Part shown: in pieces, positions 1 to 9,675 of the stretch
Position numbering within the stretch: the first letter of the stretch is position 1
Layout: every line of letters starts with the position of its first letter
DNA from: a virus
IMG/VR virus record: IMGVR_UViG_3300037258_000046
Location: 10,209 to 74,208 of that record
Strand: one strand, 5' to 3'
DNA: 64,000 nucleotides
Program-made: the position numbers and the translations under genes
The notes under the pieces: model-generated
The model's input: only the letters and a program-made list of their open reading frames with translations
The model's database searches: none
Told to the model about the DNA's origin: nothing

Positions 1-205
1 TCCCGTCAGCGCGCAACCGCTCGCGATGCGGATGCTTCACCACGCTCTGCGACGGCGTGCCGTCGCGACGCACCTTCCGGCAGCGCTCACCGGCTGCCGC
101 CTGACGCCGCGGGCACGCCACGCGCTCGTGGACCGTCTCCTGCCGCTCTACCAGCTCGCGCGCTACCCGCTCAAGCTGCTCGCCGAAGTCGTCGAGCGCA
201 CTCAC
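1..205 (-). CDS. partial small protein, phage zinc-finger-like (CPR..A..G..C...HPH.ER)
   Basis: GTG at 205 overlaps the stop of the upstream gene; frame MSALDDFGEQL... is open to the window edge. Confidence 0.5.
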   Translation of the reverse strand, partial: MSALDDFGEQLERVARELVERQETVHERVACPRRQAAAGERCRKVRRDGTPSQSVVKHPHRERLRADG

Positions 206-735
206 GCCCGCGCGCGGTCAGCCGCCGCGTCCACCGACGCCATGCCAGCACCCGCGCGCATCGTCCCGTTCGCGATCGCCTCGCCGTCGCTGTCGAGCCC
301 CATCGCGCCCAACGTCTCGCGCGCCAGCACCGCGACCGCCAGCGTGCGCGCCAGCTCGTCGAGTTCCTGCGCCGCCAGCTCCATCCGACCGGCATGCGTC
401 GCCGCCATCGCCGCGACCATCTCCTGCGCCGTCGCCGGATTCGCGAGCATCAGCAGGAACCCGACCCAACCGTCGCGCATCATGTCCGGCACAACGCGCT
501 GCACCGACCGCGCGTCAGCCTCCAGCACCTCACGGCCGACACGCTTCGGGCCCGCAAGCCCGTCGTCGCCGATGATGCCGTCAGCCACCCCGAGCACCAT
601 CACCGCGCCGCGGCCCTGCTCGACCGGCGTCGAACGCTCCACATGCCACGTCTTGCGCTCGATCGACAGGTCCCCCGGAACGATCAGCTCCTCCGTCCCG
701 TCCAGGTACGTCACGCGAAACATCTGACTAGCCAT
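202..735 (-). CDS. hypothetical protein (MASQMFRVTY...)
   Basis: ATG at 735 with GAGGAGG SD and the conserved leader/promoter at 755-775. Confidence 0.7.
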   Translation of the reverse strand: MASQMFRVTYLDGTEELIVPGDLSIERKTWHVERSTPVEQGRGAVMVLGVADGIIGDDGLAGPKRVGREVLEADARSVQRVVPDMMRDGWVGFLLMLANPATAQEMVAAMAATHAGRMELAAQELDELARTLAVAVLARETLGAMGLDSDGEAIANGTMRAGAGMASVDAAADRARA

Positions 736-778
736 CGCTGCCTCCTCTAGGTCGCGGGTTGCGCGGCGCAGCGTAGCA

Positions 779-1522
779 CTACACGCCGCTGAGCGCTCGC
801 AGCGCAACCGCGCCGTCGCCGCGCAGCTCGACGTGGCGTCCCGGCCCGAGCAGCGTCGCCACAACGTCCGCGACGTCCTCGCGGTCAGCCTCAAGCTGCG
901 TCGCCAGCTCAGCCTCCGTCATCGGCCCGCCACGGATCGCCGCGAGGATCTCGCCCTCCAGCCGCCGCAACCGTGCGGCGCGCTGATTGCCCATCCCGCC
1001 GTTCGTCACACCGTTGCGCTCACGCTCGATCCGGTCCCGATCAGCCGTGATCCAATACCGGGTCGCAGCGGTCTTGCCCTCCGTCGTCACGACCGACCTG
1101 TCGCGAAGCTCCTGGAGCGCCTTCGTCAGCCCACCCGAGCCCATCAGCTCACCCGCGTGCTCAAGCAGCGTCCGGAAGCTCGCGGGCTGATGCTCACGCA
1201 CGAGCTGCTCGACCTTGTCGCGGCGCTCCTGCGTCAGCGCGTCCTGCTCGTCCGTCGACAGCGGCGAGCGCCTGCGCGTCACCGTCGAGCGCAACGGCGG
1301 CAACGCGAGCCCTGTCCCGCGCGTAGCCGTGTCCTGCGACGACGGCGCCGCATCCGACTGCACGTCATGCCGTGCCGCGGGCGCCGGAGCGGGTGACAGC
1401 ACCTCGTACGCCGCGCGCAGCTTCTCCAGATGCCCGTCGAGCGCTTGCACCCGCTCGATCGCCAGCTCGCGCTTCTCTTCCGTCTCGGCGATCTCCGCCG
1501 CCAAAGCCTCCACCGCGCCCAT
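779..1522 (-). CDS. coiled-coil plus tandem winged-helix DNA-binding protein
   Basis: N-terminal coiled coil; wHTH-like segments (LTKALQELRDRSVVTTEG...RYW; PMTEAELATQL...DVVATL); GAGGAGG SD. Confidence 0.6.
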   Translation of the reverse strand: MGAVEALAAEIAETEEKRELAIERVQALDGHLEKLRAAYEVLSPAPAPAARHDVQSDAAPSSQDTATRGTGLALPPLRSTVTRRRSPLSTDEQDALTQERRDKVEQLVREHQPASFRTLLEHAGELMGSGGLTKALQELRDRSVVTTEGKTAATRYWITADRDRIERERNGVTNGGMGNQRAARLRRLEGEILAAIRGGPMTEAELATQLEADREDVADVVATLLGPGRHVELRGDGAVALRALSGV

Positions 1523-1566
1523 CGACCCGCCTCCTCGTCCACCGTCGGATTGCGCGACGCAACGTA

Positions 1567-1851
1567 TCAGCGCACAACGACAGTGCGCTTGCGCTCCGCG
1601 CCACACCGACGGCACTTGTCCAGCTCCACGAAGTAGCCCGGATGCGGACGCCGCATCAGCGCCACGATCCGCCAGTCATGGAACCCCGGCGGGCACTCCG
1701 GCGACGTCGCATTGAGCAGCGCGCTCACCCCCGCACCCGCGACAGCGACAGCGACAGCGAAGATCACGGCCTCGTTGTTCCACGTCGCCGACAGGATCAG
1801 CACCGCGACCATCGTCGCTGCCAGCACGATCAGGCCAGCCCACCCTCGCAT
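1567..1851 (-). CDS. small membrane protein with C-terminal Zn-ribbon-like motif
   Basis: Two hydrophobic segments, C..G.HDW and CRRC; leaderless start 6 nt after TAGGCT. Confidence 0.6.
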   Translation of the reverse strand: MRGWAGLIVLAATMVAVLILSATWNNEAVIFAVAVAVAGAGVSALLNATSPECPPGFHDWRIVALMRRPHPGYFVELDKCRRCGAERKRTVVVR

Positions 1852-1959
1852 GCCGGGAGCCTACAACGCGCGAAGGCGCCTCTTGTCCAGAGACGCCCTC
1901 GCTGACACCGGCTCCGCCGGGGTCGATCGCGCCACCATCGTGTCACGCGCCCCGGACGC

Positions 1960-1996
1960 AAAGAGAGCCGCCCGCGTGCTCGCGCGGACGGCTCCC
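1960..1996 (-). terminator. intrinsic terminator after the collagen-like gene
   Basis: Hairpin 1963-1976/1983-1996 followed by TTT on the minus strand. Confidence 0.6.
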
Positions 1997-2022
1997 TGAG
2001 TGTCTGAGACGACGCCTACAGC

Positions 2023-3000
2023 TTAGCCGTCGATGTTGCCCGTGCCCCCGTTGGCACCGCTCGGCGTGTTGCTATCGACCCACGACTCGTTCGCGTTCGC
2101 GTTCGAGTGATAGACGAAATCGTAGTTGTCGAGCGCGTACGTCGAGCCCGGGAAGTACGCCGCCTCGAACGCCGCGTTGCCCGCCTCGGCGCTAGACCCG
2201 CTCGTCGTGTGAGCATCGCACGCCGAGCAGCTCGCGACCGGATCGAAGTCCGCAGACTCGCCAGCAGCAGGCGCCGGAACGACCCACGACTCCGTGCCGT
2301 AGAACGTGCCAGTCACTCCACCGACCTGCGGCGGCCCCGGGCACGTCCCGGGATTCGGCTCGTCCACCGACGCGATCGTCGTGAACGTGCCCGTGATCAG
2401 CTCCGACACGTCGTAGCTGCCGTCCGGCAACGGGTTGACCTGGAAGGTCCGGCTGTAGCTGTCGTTCGCCCACGCGTTGCCACAGTCGCCGCTATCCGGC
2501 CCCGAGTTGCTCGCGTAGGTGTAGGTGAACGCGCCGTTGCTTCCCGGCGTGCCAGCGGGCCCCTGCGGGCCCTCAGCGCCGTCCGAGCCGTTGAAGCCAC
2601 GCGGACCCTGCTCGCCCTGAACGCCCTGCGGTCCCTGAGCGCCCTGCGCGCCGGTAGCGCCAGTGTCGCCCTTGATGCCGTTCGCGTCCACGCCAGCCAC
2701 GCCCTGCGGGCCCTGCGGGCCCTGCGGCCCGACGGCGCCCTGCGGACCAGCCGGGCCCTGCGGCCCGGGAGCACCCGTCGCACCCGTCAGACCTGTAGCG
2801 CCCGTGTCGCCCTTCGGGCCCTGAATGCCGACCGTGATCGCGTTGCCCTCGAACTTCTTGAGCACGCTCGGCGCGACCTGCGACGTCGACGTGATCAGGT
2901 AGTGGTGCTTCTTCTTGCCCGCGGCCAGCGCCGCGCCTGTACAACCGAACGCCACGACGGCCACAGCCGCCAGCAGCGTCAGGATCTTTGAAACTCGCAT
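2023..3000 (-). CDS. exported collagen-like (Gly-X-Y repeat) protein
   Basis: Signal peptide ([26 protein letters not shown]), about 30 GXY triplets, Cys-containing C-terminal domain. Confidence 0.85.
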   Translation of the reverse strand: MRVSKILTLLAAVAVVAFGCTGAALAAGKKKHHYLITSTSQVAPSVLKKFEGNAITVGIQGPKGDTGATGLTGATGAPGPQGPAGPQGAVGPQGPQGPQGVAGVDANGIKGDTGATGAQGAQGPQGVQGEQGPRGFNGSDGAEGPQGPAGTPGSNGAFTYTYASNSGPDSGDCGNAWANDSYSRTFQVNPLPDGSYDVSELITGTFTTIASVDEPNPGTCPGPPQVGGVTGTFYGTESWVVPAPAAGESADFDPVASCSACDAHTTSGSSAEAGNAAFEAAYFPGSTYALDNYDFVYHSNANANESWVDSNTPSGANGGTGNIDG

Positions 3001-3056
3001 CAGACCTGCTCCTTGTTCGGGTTGCCCTGCCTAGTAATGCGACACACTGTAGCAGC

Positions 3057-3281
3057 TCAGTGCGTCACGTAGCGACTCGTTCCCGTCGACGAATCCCACA
3101 CCCGCCACGGCGGCCCGAAGCTCGACGGCGGCGTCGCCAGCGTGCGAGCGTACTCGACCTGGAGCTGACACCGCCGCGAGCAGAACTCGACGCCCACGAG
3201 CGCGTGAGCGCCTTTCCAGCGCGACCCGAGCGCCAGCACGTCGAACGTGCGACGGCAGCCCGGGTTCGCGCACGCGGCCAC
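3057..3281 (-). CDS. small Cys-rich (Zn-finger) protein
   Basis: CANPGC...FCSRRC motif. Confidence 0.5.
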   Translation of the reverse strand: MAACANPGCRRTFDVLALGSRWKGAHALVGVEFCSRRCQLQVEYARTLATPPSSFGPPWRVWDSSTGTSRYVTH

Positions 3282-3283
3282 GA

Positions 3284-3571
3284 CTACAGCGCGCGAACCA
3301 TCACGCGCAGCAGCAGCCACTCCCCGTCGACGAGCGCCTCCGCCACGTAGTCGCGCTTCTGCACCTCCAGCACGCGCATCGCCATCTCCGTGTTCTCGTA
3401 GTGGAGGTGATAGTCGAAGTCCTCGGGGATCCGCGCGCACATCTCCCACAGCCTGCCGATCTCGACGCCAAGCGTGAACTGCGGATCGTCGCTCTCGAAC
3501 GGCAAGACCGGCACCTCGCCGTAGCTGCCGTGACCTTCCTGCTCCGTGAAGTCCTCGCCCTCGTCGCTCAC
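3284..3571 (-). CDS. hypothetical protein
   Basis: Acidic globular-looking ORF, GTGA overlap with the upstream gene. Confidence 0.55.
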   Translation of the reverse strand: MSDEGEDFTEQEGHGSYGEVPVLPFESDDPQFTLGVEIGRLWEMCARIPEDFDYHLHYENTEMAMRVLEVQKRDYVAEALVDGEWLLLRVMVRAL

Positions 3572-3906
3572 GACTTCACCCGCTGCGCGAGCCACTCGCG
3601 CGCCGCCTTGTCCGCCTCGCGCTCGACCGTCGTCGTGTGCCGCCAGTGCTCGTGACCCTCCGCGCACAGATTGCAGTCCGTCAGCCTCGCGCCATACACG
3701 AGCAGCTTGCGCCCAGCGTTCTCGACCCACTCAGCCTTCCGTGCCTCCATGTCCGCGAGCAGCTCCGGCGTCGGCTCGACACCCGCCGGATCGAGCCACC
3801 CGAACGTGCCGCCGCAATCCAAGCAGTAGAACTCCGCGCCCGAGAACGCGAGCGTCATCACGACCGGCACCCGGCACTTCGGACACATCGCGATCCTGCG
3901 GCTCAC
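3568..3906 (-). CDS. Zn-ribbon hypothetical protein
   Basis: CPKC, CLDC and CNLC motifs; coupled start/stop. Confidence 0.6.
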   Translation of the reverse strand: MSRRIAMCPKCRVPVVMTLAFSGAEFYCLDCGGTFGWLDPAGVEPTPELLADMEARKAEWVENAGRKLLVYGARLTDCNLCAEGHEHWRHTTTVEREADKAAREWLAQRVKS

Positions 3907-4096
3907 TCCTCGACCTCCAGCGCCCTCGCGAACCCGAACGGCACGACACGCTTCCCGGCAGCCTTCGCGTCCTCAACGCGCTTGCGCTCAGCCTCCGTGG
4001 CCTTGGCGCTCGCGGGCTCCAGCACAGAGATCGACTGCACCGACGTCGGCGCCTTGAGCTTCCAGCGCCACATAGAACCGCCAGCGGGCCCGGGCA

Positions 4097-4360
4097 TCAG
4101 CGGATGCTCCACGTCAGCGGCTCGCCCAACCCACGCGGCCGCGTCGCCGTCACCGTGCGCCGGTAGCGCATGCGCTTCAGCGACAGCTCGACGTCGTGCA
4201 AGCTCAGCCCAGCGATGCCCGGTGTCTGCTCCTCGTCGCGGGCGCGGAAGTAGCGCACGTGAAACGCCGTCACGCCATGCGTCCACGTCCGCCGCAGCAG
4301 CCACCGCAGCTCGGCGCGCACAGCGACGTCGATCGCGTCGCGCTCCGCCTTCGACGTCAT
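4097..4360 (-). CDS. hypothetical protein
   Basis: Start and stop overlap the neighbouring genes. Confidence 0.5.
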   Translation of the reverse strand: MTSKAERDAIDVAVRAELRWLLRRTWTHGVTAFHVRYFRARDEEQTPGIAGLSLHDVELSLKRMRYRRTVTATRPRGLGEPLTWSIR

Positions 4361-4947
4361 CGCGCCTGATCCGCGTCGCGAGCAGCGATCACGTCGCGGA
4401 AGTCCTCCGGCGCGCCGCCGTGATCGGGATGCGCGCGCTTGAGCGCCTCAGCGAGAGATCCCGCATCCTCGATCAGCTCGCGGCCGTGCGCGGCGTTGCC
4501 CTCACCCACAGCCGCTTCGAGCTGCTTCCACCCGGCATACTGCTCGCCGCGGCGCGTCACGCCGTACCTGTCGACCGCCCTGAGCGCCTCCAGCGCCAGC
4601 GCGACGCCTCGCACGTTGTCTCGCCAGTCGACGAACGTCGTGACCTCGTAGCGAAGCTGGGGATGCCCCACAACGCGCATCGCTTGGAAGCTCAGCACGA
4701 TCCCCGCGCTGCGAGCGTTGCGAGCAGCTCGTGGCAGACCGTCTTGGCGCAGATCGCTCTCGCGGAAGTCCATCTCCAGCACCGCCGCGCGAGCGCCATG
4801 CAGATCCAGCTCGCGCGTCAGCAGCCGCACCGTCGAGCGCCAAGGCGCTTTGAACTGCGAGTGCATCGCGCCGTGCGCGAGCAGCGGACGCTCCAGCGGC
4901 CGGAACGTCACGAGCCTCGACAGCGCGAAGTAGTCCTCGCCGCTCAT
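4357..4947 (-). CDS. phage protein with C-terminal J-domain-like HPD motif
   Basis: WRDNVRGVALALEALRAVDRYGV...QYAGWKQL and AHPDHGG. Confidence 0.7.
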   Translation of the reverse strand: MSGEDYFALSRLVTFRPLERPLLAHGAMHSQFKAPWRSTVRLLTRELDLHGARAAVLEMDFRESDLRQDGLPRAARNARSAGIVLSFQAMRVVGHPQLRYEVTTFVDWRDNVRGVALALEALRAVDRYGVTRRGEQYAGWKQLEAAVGEGNAAHGRELIEDAGSLAEALKRAHPDHGGAPEDFRDVIAARDADQAR

Positions 4948-5261
4948 GCTTGCTCCGCGCGCACGCGCTCGTCCTCCGAGCGCACGCGCTCGTTGCGCTT
5001 CGACGGCAGCTCGCGACCCTGCGCCCGAGCGCGAACGCCCATCACGCGCAGCATCCACGCGCAGCACTCCTCGCACAGATCGAGTGCCCACCGCTCGCTG
5101 CCGTGGCCGGGCCCGGGCGTGCGCACGAACTCGCCGAACGGCCAGCCCGTCGGCTTGAAGAGCGCGTCAGCGCCGCACACGTCGCAGCGCAGCTCGACGA
5201 TCACGAGCGTCGACGTCGGCTTCATCAGCGTTCTGACTTCGCGCGTCGCGCTCACAGCCAT
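4944..5261 (-). CDS. Zn-finger hypothetical protein
   Basis: CDVC...DLCEEC. Confidence 0.55.
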   Translation of the reverse strand: MAVSATREVRTLMKPTSTLVIVELRCDVCGADALFKPTGWPFGEFVRTPGPGHGSERWALDLCEECCAWMLRVMGVRARAQGRELPSKRNERVRSEDERVRAEQA

Positions 5262-5731
5262 CCCTGCCTTGCGGCCGAGCGCGTCAGCAGATTCGCGAGC
5301 GCCTCCGGGATCTCGAAGCGCGTCGTGTTGATCGCGATTGACCGCAGCAGATCGCCGTCGTCGTGGCGCAGCGTTGCCGCCTTCCAGTCCGCGAGCATCT
5401 CGATCAGGTCGATCAGGTCCATCTCCTCGATGCCCGTCAGATGGTGCTCGGGATGGTGGCGATTGTGGGCGTAGTGGTGATCGAGCGCGTCCTGCATGTG
5501 CGCGAGCGCCTGCCGGTACTCCGGCGATCCGTACGTCAGCTTCCGCAGCTCCGGCGTGTACTGATCGAAGGCGCTCTTTTCGGGCTCCGCCAGCTTGCTC
5601 GCGTCGTGGTTCGCGGCGCGCTGTAGGAGCTGCTGCGCCATCTCGATCAGGAACGCCTGCACCACGGCGATGTGCTCCATCGTGTCGGCGCGCGAGTCGT
5701 AGTCGCTCTCGCGACGCTTCTCGACGGTCAT
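5252..5731 (-). CDS. HD-like metal-binding protein (DUF5662-like)
   Basis: H...HDASK...HHYAHNRHHPEH...EMLADW pattern. Confidence 0.75.
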   Translation of the reverse strand: MTVEKRRESDYDSRADTMEHIAVVQAFLIEMAQQLLQRAANHDASKLAEPEKSAFDQYTPELRKLTYGSPEYRQALAHMQDALDHHYAHNRHHPEHHLTGIEEMDLIDLIEMLADWKAATLRHDDGDLLRSIAINTTRFEIPEALANLLTRSAARQGWL

Positions 5732-5991
5732 ACCTTCACCGCTCGAAAGCTCTCGGCCATGTCCGCGCCGTCGTGGCGCTGCGCGTAGTCCGCTAGCTCC
5801 TCGGCCGCGTCGTTCCACATCTTCACCATCTCCTCGCGCCACGCGGGCTCGTCGGTCAGCAGCTCGTCTCGCATCGACATCGCCAGCTCGCGCGCGTCGT
5901 GGTTCCAAAGCCACGTCGTCGCCGTCACGTAACCGGACACCGTGCCGCGATGCGTTGCCTCCGCGATCTCCTGGAAAGGTGTCAGCGTCAC
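5728..5991 (-). CDS. hypothetical protein
   Basis: Coupled GTGA/ATGA overlaps with neighbours. Confidence 0.5.
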   Translation of the reverse strand: MTLTPFQEIAEATHRGTVSGYVTATTWLWNHDARELAMSMRDELLTDEPAWREEMVKMWNDAAEELADYAQRHDGADMAESFRAVKV

Positions 5992-6181
5992 AGCCCGTTC
6001 ACCTCCACGCTGCCGTTCGACTGCGACCGCGGCACCACGACCACGCGCCACCCGTCAGCCGCGTAACCGCTCGCGCTCGCCTCGTTGCACAGCTCCTCGC
6101 GGCCATCCGGGAACGTCACGAGCCACAGCCCGTCCGTCGCCGTCGTGGCCGTGGAGCGCATGTAGAGCGTTCCCTTCGCGC

Positions 6182-6538
6182 TCATGGCACCTTCACCTCC
6201 AAGATCGCCGTGATCGGCAGCCTGTCCACGAGCGCGTCGAGCACGATGCCGCGCGTATGCGCACGCTCGACCCTGCCGCGATCCAGCAGACGCACCCACC
6301 ACGGAAGCTGAACCGTCACCGTGACTTTGTGCTCGCCTCCCAGCACACCCACACGGCAGCGCCCGACGATCGCTCGCACGATCAACCGCACACCGCCAGC
6401 CGTCAGCGGCATGCCTTCGAGCGACAAGCTGTACGCCACGCGAGCGCGGAACTGCGGCATGCTCTCACCGGGCGCCGGAGTGAAGCCAAGACGCCCAGCA
6501 GCATCGACGTCGAGCAGGTCTTCCTGAGCCGTGCTCAC
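6182..6538 (-). CDS. hypothetical protein
   Basis: Coupled overlaps, globular composition. Confidence 0.45.
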   Translation of the reverse strand: MSTAQEDLLDVDAAGRLGFTPAPGESMPQFRARVAYSLSLEGMPLTAGGVRLIVRAIVGRCRVGVLGGEHKVTVTVQLPWWVRLLDRGRVERAHTRGIVLDALVDRLPITAILEVKVP

Positions 6539-6757
6539 GACCGACCCGACACCTTGTCGGCGATGATCGCCAGCGAGTCCGCGGCATGCACCGCGAGCGC
6601 GAAGCACGTGAGCGCGATGCACGCCGCCAGCTCCGCCGTGTCGTCGTCCGTGATCCCTTCGTCCTCGACGTCCTGCGCCACGATCGCGAGCGCCCGATCC
6701 ACGCAGGCCACCGCATAGCGCGTCGGGTGAGCGCGAAACTCTCCCGCGCTCGGCAGA

Positions 6758-7207
6758 TCACTCAGAGCCACCGTCGACCTCCTCCGGGTTCGGCGGATTG
6801 TCGGCGCTGATGCCCTCGCCGCCCTCAGTGCCCGATCCCGCCGTCGACGTCATCAGCTCCTCGCCCGCAGGAACGATCTCCACCTCGCCGTCGGCCTGCT
6901 CGTTCACGACCGACACGATCCCGCTCGCCGTGATCGCCTCGTACTCGACTCTTTCGCCGTGCGCCTGACGCACGCCTCGCACGACGATCGCCCACCGCGT
7001 CGTGTGCTGCCGCAGCCCTTGCGTCTTGAGTCGATCGAGCGGAAGCGGCTCCGGCCGGTACACGAGCAGCATCGCGCGCTCGTTGTTCTCGCCCGTCTCG
7101 ACCGCCGCATGCCCGATCAGCTTGCACGGCCTGCCGAGCTGCTCCTGGAGCTGCCCCATCGCGCTCTCAGCGTCAGCCTTCAACGCTGCCGCCTGCTCCT
7201 TCGTCAT
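6758..7207 (-). CDS. hypothetical protein, first gene of an accessory operon
   Basis: Preceded by the conserved promoter/leader at 7226-7246 and GAGGAGG. Confidence 0.7.
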   Translation of the reverse strand: MTKEQAAALKADAESAMGQLQEQLGRPCKLIGHAAVETGENNERAMLLVYRPEPLPLDRLKTQGLRQHTTRWAIVVRGVRQAHGERVEYEAITASGIVSVVNEQADGEVEIVPAGEELMTSTAGSGTEGGEGISADNPPNPEEVDGGSE

Positions 7208-7277
7208 CGCATCCTCCTCAGTCGTCGGGTTGCGCGGCAGACTGTAGCACCCTGCCGAACGGAATAGCGACCGGAGG

Positions 7278-7850
7278 CTAGCGCGCTGCTCGGGCTGTAC
7301 TGATCGACCGCACGTTGTCCGGCTGCTCCGGCAAATGCCGCCTCACGACGTCGTGGATCTTCGCCAACGTCTCCTCGCCCACGCCGTCCTTCTCCATCAC
7401 GTCGAGCACCTCGCGCACGATCACGTTGAAGTCGGCCTCCGCACGCCAGCGCGTCAGATTGCGCGGCAGCTTCCCGATCGCCTGTAGCAGCGTCATGCGC
7501 TCAGCGTCGACCTCGCGCATCTCGCGCATCGCGCCGACCGCAGCCGACGGGTGCACATCGCGATTGGCCTGCCAGAACTCGTCCAGCTCCTCAAGCATCC
7601 GCTCGCGCAGCGCGATCGCGTCCTCGACCACCTCGTTCGGCACGACCGGCGCCGCGAGCTGCTCGCCGTCGCGCAGATAGCGCTGCGCCGTGTCCTCGCT
7701 GATGCCCAGCTCTTTCGCGATCTGCCGCCACGTCATCGGGCGCGAGCGGCCACGCGCATCGACGCGCGCGCGCATCTCCGCGATCTCGCGAGCGAGCTTC
7801 ACGCGCCGGTAGAGAACTCCCCCCCGTGCCGCCGCAACCGTTGCGGCCAT
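7278..7850 (-). CDS. HTH protein, terminase small subunit-like
   Basis: MTWRQIAKELGISEDTAQRYL HTH followed by a helical oligomerisation-type region. Confidence 0.55.
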   Translation of the reverse strand: MAATVAAARGGVLYRRVKLAREIAEMRARVDARGRSRPMTWRQIAKELGISEDTAQRYLRDGEQLAAPVVPNEVVEDAIALRERMLEELDEFWQANRDVHPSAAVGAMREMREVDAERMTLLQAIGKLPRNLTRWRAEADFNVIVREVLDVMEKDGVGEETLAKIHDVVRRHLPEQPDNVRSISTARAAR

Positions 7851-8287
7851 CAGACGATCCCCTCGACCGGCCAGATGACGGAGCGGCCGAGCTGGACGCG
7901 CATAACGCCGACCGCCGATGCGAACCGCTCGAACGCGTCCTCGCCCAGCGCCTCGCGCAGGGATGCTCGCCGCGCGTCGATGTAGTCGTCGAGCGCGTCC
8001 GTCTGCTCGTCTAGCCAAGTCTCCAGGTCCCCGTCGATCGTGAACCACTCGTTATGCAGGCGGAGCGCGTCGAAGCGCGCGTGCAGCTCGCGCTCGCAGT
8101 GTCGTGGATCGTCGGCCGTGTAGAGCAGCGCGCGGAGCCTGAGGGGCACTGGCGAGTCCGCCTGAATCCCCGATGCTCGCCGCGTCAGCGCTAGGTGCGT
8201 CGGCGAGAAGACACAGCCGATCTTGACGCGCCCGAGCCCCTGAGCCTCAAGCGCGTAGACCTGGCCGACCGATGGCTCGAACTCCAT
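7850..8287 (-). CDS. GIY-YIG/T5orf172-family protein
   Basis: VYAL...VKIG...ERELHARF...HNEWF motifs; leaderless start after TAGCAT. Confidence 0.8.
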   Translation of the reverse strand: MEFEPSVGQVYALEAQGLGRVKIGCVFSPTHLALTRRASGIQADSPVPLRLRALLYTADDPRHCERELHARFDALRLHNEWFTIDGDLETWLDEQTDALDDYIDARRASLREALGEDAFERFASAVGVMRVQLGRSVIWPVEGIV

Positions 8288-8473
8288 CGGCGTGATGCTA
8301 CCCGTTGCGTGGTCGTCTGCGTCCGTGTTCGTCGTAGTCGCGATCGGAGTGTCTTCCGATGCTTTCTACGCGCTTTGTGCGTCGTGGTGGGGCGCCTGAG
8401 CCGTACTTTCGGCCCATCTCCGGGCCCTGTCGCTTCACCCGTGGCTGTCCCGGGCGTACGCGTTCGTCGTCGG

Positions 8474-8794
8474 TCACGTCAACGGCTGCATGTTGATCGG
8501 GTGGTTCGCGCCGACGTCGGCGGGCAGTAGCGGGCACTGTCGCGTGAGCCGTCCCGCGTCCGTCTTCCTGCCCGGGTCGACGTGGTAGGTATGGCAGACC
8601 GGGCACCACTCCTTCTCGCCGACCGGGATCGCTACCGGCTCCTCGATCAGCCTGCGGGCGCGCGCGAGCAGCTCCGGCTGCTCCGCGAGCATGCCGCCCA
8701 CGAACCGCTCGGCCGCGTCGAACGCTGTCGGGTTGAGCACCGCGAGCGCGTACAGCGCGTACTCGATCTTCGTGCGCACCGTGTCGCCGGTCAT
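8474..8794 (-). CDS. hypothetical protein
   Basis: Coupled overlaps; CPVC..H. Confidence 0.5.
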   Translation of the reverse strand: MTGDTVRTKIEYALYALAVLNPTAFDAAERFVGGMLAEQPELLARARRLIEEPVAIPVGEKEWCPVCHTYHVDPGRKTDAGRLTRQCPLLPADVGANHPINMQPLT

Positions 8795-9051
8795 GCCGTC
8801 TTCTCCGCCAGCGGCGTGTAGCGGCCGTTGTCGCCCATGACCTCGACCGACTCCAGATCGTGCGGGTAGATCGTCTTCCAGTGCGGGCCGCGCGCGCCGC
8901 CCGGGAAGCGCACGCGCGCTTGTTCTCCGAGCGTCGGATGCGTCTGTATGCCCATGACCGTGCCGACGATCCTACGGCCACGGAACGGCATCCGGACGCG
9001 CTCGCCGGGATGCTCGCGCGCCCACGCCACGAACTCCTCGTAGGTCATCAC
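8791..9051 (-). CDS. small SH3-like beta-barrel hypothetical protein
   Basis: PGERVR...GTV...VRF pattern. Confidence 0.5.
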   Translation of the reverse strand: MMTYEEFVAWAREHPGERVRMPFRGRRIVGTVMGIQTHPTLGEQARVRFPGGARGPHWKTIYPHDLESVEVMGDNGRYTPLAEKTA

Positions 9052-9473
9052 ACGCCCGCCGGGATCTTCGACAGCAGCCCGATCAGCGTCGCGTTGTCGA
9101 TCGACGTCGTCCTCGCCCCGACCTCGGCGCCCCCCTCGTTGTCGTCGTCGCCGATGCCGAGCGCTGCCAGCATCGCGCGCAGGCGGTCGCGCTGCTCCAG
9201 TCGCGCCGCGAGTCGCGCCATTGCCTCCTCGTCCGCGTCCGTCCAGTCGTGGCGCACGTGCTGCGCGATCACGACAACCTTGTGGCCGACAGGGAGCATC
9301 ACGCGGCGCCAGTCGCGCGTCTCGACCGGCGCGGCCAGCTCGAACTCGATGCCCTTCGCGCGGCCATACGGCATCCGCGCGTCCAGATCGGTCAGCGTCG
9401 CCTTCGCGACGGTGCGCCGATGGTCGACCTCGACGGCATAGACGCCGCCGACGATCATGTCCTTGCGCTGCAT
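9048..9473 (-). CDS. hypothetical protein
   Basis: TGATG overlap start. Confidence 0.55.
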   Translation of the reverse strand: MQRKDMIVGGVYAVEVDHRRTVAKATLTDLDARMPYGRAKGIEFELAAPVETRDWRRVMLPVGHKVVVIAQHVRHDWTDADEEAMARLAARLEQRDRLRAMLAALGIGDDDNEGGAEVGARTTSIDNATLIGLLSKIPAGV

Positions 9474-9675
9474 CAGTCCACCGTCCTCAGCTTCGAGATT
9501 GTCCGCTTCGCGCGCTTGCCGCTCGCGAGCCTCAGAGTCACCATCTGCCCATCGACCGCGATCACCACGCCGATCACGAGCGGCTGCCCCGCACCGTGGC
9601 GGCCGCGGCTCGTGACCCACGCGCCGGGGACGATGCCACGCCCCCAGCGATCGTCTCTCGTGAGCAGCGAGCCCA

